DNA of 38,870 bases, from contig JBDRBK010000013.1 of the NCBI GenBank assembly GCA_043822705.1, positions 1 to 38,870 of the forward strand, written 5' to 3'. A model generated the notes under the pieces. That model made no database searches and was not told the DNA's origin. It saw only the letters and a program-made list of their open reading frames with translations. Source of the stretch: Fidelibacterota bacterium. Its GTDB lineage: Bacteria > Fidelibacterota > Marinisomatia > Marinisomatales > TCS56. A program made the position numbers and the translations under genes. Positions 34,770 to 38,870 of this stretch are shown piece by piece (position 1 is the stretch's first letter; every line of letters starts with the position of its first letter).

Positions 34770-34903
34770 AGTATTTTAGCATAAGATGATAAATATGTGT
34801 GACAAAACAGAACTGCGAAATGCCCGGTCATGGCCCGGAATCGACGAGTCACACGTACATACTTTTTCATTTACCGTATAATTTGTACGCTTTTCCCAAA
34901 TAG

Positions 34904-36853
34904 ATGAAGCAGATAAATATTACCTTTCCCGACCAGTCTACCCGTCAGTTTCCCGTCGGTGTGACAGCCGCTGAAATCGTAGAGAGCATTGGCCCAAGAT
35001 TAGCCCAGTCGACCTTGGTAGCCGCTATTGACGGACAGTTGACCGACCTGAACCAGCCGATCGAAAAAGACGCAACGATCAAATTCTTCACCGGTGATTC
35101 TGCCGAAGGGCAGGAAGTACTGTTGCACAGTACCGCTCACCTGATGGCCCAGGCCGTTAAAATCCTGTTCCCGGCCGTCAAAATAACAATTGGTCCGGCA
35201 ATCGAGAACAAGTTTTATTACGATTTCGACATCGAAGGCACTTTTTCCGAAACCGATCTGCAGCGTATCGAAGAAAAGATGCGCGAGCTGGCCAGAGCCG
35301 ATTATCCGGTCAGTCGCAAGGAACTCGAAAGGAATGCGGCAATAAAACTGTTTGCCGAGCAAAACGAGACCTATAAGGTCGAAATTATCCAGGAACTACC
35401 GAAAGACGAGACAATATCTATCTATGCCCAGGATAGTTTTATCGATCTATGCCGCGGACCCCATGTCCCGTCGACGGGGAAAATCAAACATTTCAAGCTG
35501 CTCGAATCTTCCGGTGCCTACTGGCGCGGGGATGAACGCAATAAAATGCTGCAGCGAATATACGGTACCGCCTTCGGCAGCAAGGAACAGTTAAAAGATT
35601 ACCTGCATTTTCTCGAAGAAGCCAAGAAGCGCGACCACCGTAAACTGGGCAAGGAATTAAAAATTTACACTTTTGATGATGAAGTCGGTCCCGGGTTGCC
35701 ATTGTGGTTGCCGAACGGCGCGGTAATCATTGAAGAATTAGAGAAGCTGGCCAAAGAAAAAGAACGCTACCATGGTTATGTTCGGGTCCGTACGCCCCTG
35801 TTGACCAAGGGCATTCTTTATGAAAAATCCGGGCATCTGAAGCATTATATCGATGATATGTACCCGGCGATGGATGTTGACGGAACCGATTATTACATCA
35901 AGCCGATGAATTGTCCTCATCATCACAAGATTTATGCCGCTGAACCGCGCAGTTATCGTGATTTGCCGTTACGGCTGGCGGAGTACGGGACCTGTCACCG
36001 GTTTGAAAAATCGGGGCAGTTGTTCGGTCTGATGCGGGTCCGCAGCATGCAGATGAATGATGCCCATATTTACTGTACCGAAGATCAATTTACCGATGAA
36101 TTTCTGGCGGTCTGCCGGCTCTATCTGGAATATTTTGAGATTTTTGGAATAACCAAGTACCAGATGCGTCTCAGTCTGCACGATCCCGCCGGACTGGGCC
36201 AGAAATACGTCGATGAACCTGAATTATGGATCAAGACCGAAGAAATCGTGCGTAACGCCTTGAATGCCGGTAAATTTAATTTCGTCGAAGTAGCGGGCGA
36301 GGCGGCATTCTACGGACCGAAAATCGATGTTCAGGTATGGAGCGCTATCGGCAAGGAATTCACCCTGGCCACCAACCAGGTCGATTTTTCCCAACCCAGG
36401 CAGTTCGGCCTGACTTACACGAATCCCGGCGGAAAAGAAGAAATTCCGCTTTGTATTCACCGGGCGCCCCTCAGTACCCACGAACGGTTCATCGGTTTCC
36501 TGATCGAGCATTATGGCGGTGATTTTCCACTGTGGCTGGCTCCCATTCAGGTAGCGGTGCTGCCGGTTTCGGAAAGACATCTGGACTACGCCCGCCAGGT
36601 GACAACCCGTTTGAAAACCGCCGATATACGGGTAACTTTGAATGATCGTCCCGATAAAATCGGGGCCAAGATACGTCTGGCGGAAACCGCGCGGATTAAT
36701 GTCATGCTTATTATCGGTGAGCGCGAAGAAATATCGGAAACCATCGCCGTGCGGCGACGCTTCCAGGGGGATCTGGGTCAGGTAGCTGTAGATGACCTGA
36801 TCAGCGAATTAAGTGCCGAAATCAACCAAAGGAGATTAACATCAGCAACATAG
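34904..36853 (+). CDS. thrS: Threonine--tRNA ligase
   Basis: TGS domain, HSTAHLMAQA, DLCRGPH, KRDHRKLG, KPMNCP, AFYGPKID, ERFIGFLIEHY. Confidence 0.98.
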   Translation: MKQINITFPDQSTRQFPVGVTAAEIVESIGPRLAQSTLVAAIDGQLTDLNQPIEKDATIKFFTGDSAEGQEVLLHSTAHLMAQAVKILFPAVKITIGPAIENKFYYDFDIEGTFSETDLQRIEEKMRELARADYPVSRKELERNAAIKLFAEQNETYKVEIIQELPKDETISIYAQDSFIDLCRGPHVPSTGKIKHFKLLESSGAYWRGDERNKMLQRIYGTAFGSKEQLKDYLHFLEEAKKRDHRKLGKELKIYTFDDEVGPGLPLWLPNGAVIIEELEKLAKEKERYHGYVRVRTPLLTKGILYEKSGHLKHYIDDMYPAMDVDGTDYYIKPMNCPHHHKIYAAEPRSYRDLPLRLAEYGTCHRFEKSGQLFGLMRVRSMQMNDAHIYCTEDQFTDEFLAVCRLYLEYFEIFGITKYQMRLSLHDPAGLGQKYVDEPELWIKTEEIVRNALNAGKFNFVEVAGEAAFYGPKIDVQVWSAIGKEFTLATNQVDFSQPRQFGLTYTNPGGKEEIPLCIHRAPLSTHERFIGFLIEHYGGDFPLWLAPIQVAVLPVSERHLDYARQVTTRLKTADIRVTLNDRPDKIGAKIRLAETARINVMLIIGEREEISETIAVRRRFQGDLGQVAVDDLISELSAEINQRRLTSAT

Positions 36854-37353
36854 CAACTGCTCGTATCAATAACGCCATCAAGGCGAGTGAAGTTCGTTTA
36901 ATCGATGAAAATGGTGAACAGTTAGGCGTTGTCTCGATTAAGGATGCCTTGAGTCGGGCTGAGATTGCCGAACTTGATTTAGTGGAAGTTGCTCCCAGTG
37001 CCAAGCCGCCGGTATGTCGGATTATGAACCACGGCAAAGCCAAATACGAAGCACAGAAAAAAGCGCACGAAAGTAAAAAGAAACAGCACGTTATTAAGTT
37101 CAAGGAAATTCGCTTCCGGCCCCGGATCGACGTTCACGATCTGGATACTAAGGTCGGTAAGGCAAAAAAATTCATTACAGATGGGTTTAAACTAAAGGTG
37201 ACCATAATGTATCGTGGCCGGGAAATGGTAAGACAAGATCTGGGACTGGAAGTCCTCGCTCGCGTCAAGGAAATGCTGTCAGATGTTGCCGTTGTTGAAA
37301 AAGAGAACGGTCTCGAGGGACGCCGGTTATCGATCGTTATGACTGCGAAATAG
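36841..37353 (+). CDS. infC: Translation initiation factor IF-3 (non-canonical start)
   Basis: RINNAIKASEVRLIDENGEQLG lies upstream of the called TTG; in-frame ATC at 36841 is 6 nt after AAGGAG; DLVEVAP..PPVCRI, KEIRFRP. Confidence 0.95.
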   Translation: MSNIATARINNAIKASEVRLIDENGEQLGVVSIKDALSRAEIAELDLVEVAPSAKPPVCRIMNHGKAKYEAQKKAHESKKKQHVIKFKEIRFRPRIDVHDLDTKVGKAKKFITDGFKLKVTIMYRGREMVRQDLGLEVLARVKEMLSDVAVVEKENGLEGRRLSIVMTAK

Positions 37354-37364
37354 GAGTGAGCTGA

Positions 37365-37559
37365 ATGCCCAAAATGAAAACCAGACGCAGTTCCGCCAAA
37401 CGCTTCAAATTGACGGGAACTGGTAAACTGAAACGCAACAAAGCAAACCATAGACATATGCTCATCCGGCGCGCAAAAACAGTAAAACGGAAAATGCGCA
37501 CCACAGGACTTGTAGATCGATCAGAAATGAAAAAAGTCCGCCGGATGCTTGGCGTATAA
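37365..37559 (+). CDS. rpmI: 50S ribosomal protein L35
   Basis: [21 protein letters not shown]. Confidence 0.97.
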   Translation: MPKMKTRRSSAKRFKLTGTGKLKRNKANHRHMLIRRAKTVKRKMRTTGLVDRSEMKKVRRMLGV

Positions 37560-37570
37560 GGAGTTAGATT

Positions 37571-37918
37571 ATGCCAAGAGCAAACAGTTCTGTGCCTCGG
37601 CACAGACGACATCGCAAGATAGTCAAGCAGGCCAAAGGCTACTATGGTGCCCGGAGCCGCATATTCAAGGCAGCCAAAGACGCGGTCACTAAAGCCGGTC
37701 TTTATGCCTATCGTGATCGCCGCCAGAAAAAACGTCATTTTCGTGCTCTCTGGATCGCGCGCATCAACGCAGCGGCTCGTCTCCATGATATGTCCTATTC
37801 GGTCTTTATCGCGGGACTAAAAAACAAAGGCATTGAACTGGATCGGAAAGTACTGGCTGATTTGGCAGTCAATCAACCCGATGCATTCGCCGAATTGGTA
37901 AATTCAGTCAAAGCCTGA
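37571..37918 (+). CDS. rplT: 50S ribosomal protein L20
   Basis: [40 protein letters not shown]. Confidence 0.98.
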   Translation: MPRANSSVPRHRRHRKIVKQAKGYYGARSRIFKAAKDAVTKAGLYAYRDRRQKKRHFRALWIARINAAARLHDMSYSVFIAGLKNKGIELDRKVLADLAVNQPDAFAELVNSVKA

Positions 37919-37920
37919 TT

Positions 37921-38870
37921 ATGTCTCTGGATAAGCACATCGAGGCAGTCCGAAATTCGTTTCGGGCTGACCTCGATTCTTTTTCCGACGATATTCGCAC
38001 AATCGATGAATTGCGAATTAAATATTTCGGTCGTAAAGGCCTGGTGGCTGATCTATTTGGCCGGTTGAAAGATATTGCCGGCGATCAGAAACCCAAAATC
38101 GGCAAGATGCTGAATGAGTTGCGGCAGGAATTGACCGCCGAATTCGAATCAAGAACTACCGGCGTCAAATCGCTGCTGGATAAAAAACAGGCCGAACAGA
38201 TCGATTATACTCTGCCGGGATATTATTTCCCCGCCGGTTCCATTCATCCGATCCAGCAGACTCTGGATGAGATGAAGGAAATCTTTCAAACAATCGGTTT
38301 CAATGTTGCTTACGGTCCCGAAATCGACGATGACTGGCATAATTTTGAGGCCCTGAATTTCCCGCCGCATCATCCGGCCCGGGATATGCAGGACACGTTT
38401 TTTGTAGACGAAAAAACCGTTTTACGAACACATACTTCCAACGTTCAAATCCATTTGATGGAAAATAATCAGCCGCCGTTACGATATCTGATTCCTGGTA
38501 AAGTCTACCGTAATGAGGCGATAAGTTTTAAGCATTATTGTCTGTTCCACCAGGTGGAAGGACTCTACGTTGACAAAAATGTATCGTTTGCCGACCTGAA
38601 AGGCACCGTCGATTATTTCCTGCGCAAGATGTTCGGACCGAACGTTAAAGCGCGTTTCCGTCCCAGTTATTTCCCGTTCACCGAACCCAGCGCGGAAGTC
38701 GACATCTGGAACGAACAGCGCCAGCAGTGGATGGAAATCGTCGGCTGTGGGATGGTCGACCCCAACGTATTCAGAAATATCGGTTACGATCCCCAAATCT
38801 GGCATGGTTTTGCCTTTGGATTCGGTGTGGAACGAATCGCCATGCTGAAATATAAGATCGATGATATTCG
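37921..38870 (+). CDS. pheS: Phenylalanine--tRNA ligase alpha subunit (3'-partial; absent from the ORF track)
   Basis: Read from ATG 37921: GSIHPI, NFEALNFPPHHPARDMQDTF, LRTHTS, FHQVEG, RFRPSYFPFTEPSAEVD, GCGMV, GFAFGFGVERIAM. Confidence 0.97.
   Translation, partial: MSLDKHIEAVRNSFRADLDSFSDDIRTIDELRIKYFGRKGLVADLFGRLKDIAGDQKPKIGKMLNELRQELTAEFESRTTGVKSLLDKKQAEQIDYTLPGYYFPAGSIHPIQQTLDEMKEIFQTIGFNVAYGPEIDDDWHNFEALNFPPHHPARDMQDTFFVDEKTVLRTHTSNVQIHLMENNQPPLRYLIPGKVYRNEAISFKHYCLFHQVEGLYVDKNVSFADLKGTVDYFLRKMFGPNVKARFRPSYFPFTEPSAEVDIWNEQRQQWMEIVGCGMVDPNVFRNIGYDPQIWHGFAFGFGVERIAMLKYKIDDI

Noticed and set aside
34770..34903. T-box riboswitch upstream of thrS
   Set aside because: No AGGGTGGNACCGCG T-box sequence or terminator, and the region is too short

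Overview
Bacterial chromosomal window of about 50% GC. Gene style and order suggest an FCB-superphylum organism such as Ca. Neomarinimicrobiota (inference). Left end: pyrK (5' part replaced by an unrelated GC-rich coding fragment), pyrD, rlpA and a DAG-kinase-family gene, then a sulfotransferase and a REC-GGDEF diguanylate cyclase. 5.5-14.1 kb: cdsA followed by a tightly coupled uncharacterised operon. It is built around an orphan GlmL/MutL-type actin-fold ATPase fused to a barrel-sandwich/Rossmann/KOW module, plus an FN3-DUF6754-type protein and three more membrane proteins, with no B12 mutase subunits in the window. This is the best candidate for an undescribed system. 14.1-22.7 kb: an accessory region where three mosaics of nested REP/MITE-like palindromes and 7-, 8-, 9-, 20-, 31- and ~179-bp repeats bracket cargo genes of contrasting composition (C2-like lipoprotein, UvrD helicase with attC-like borders, methyltransferase, double C-GCAxxG-C-C protein, SRPBCC protein). 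Next come a serine hydrolase and a eukaryote-like saccharopine lysine-catabolism set (LKR, SDH, ALDH7, divergent class III aminotransferase) interrupted by a heme-c sensor kinase. Right end is housekeeping: rsmI-tmk-S41 protease, tRNA-Val(GAC), thrS-infC-rpmI-rplT-pheS (partial).
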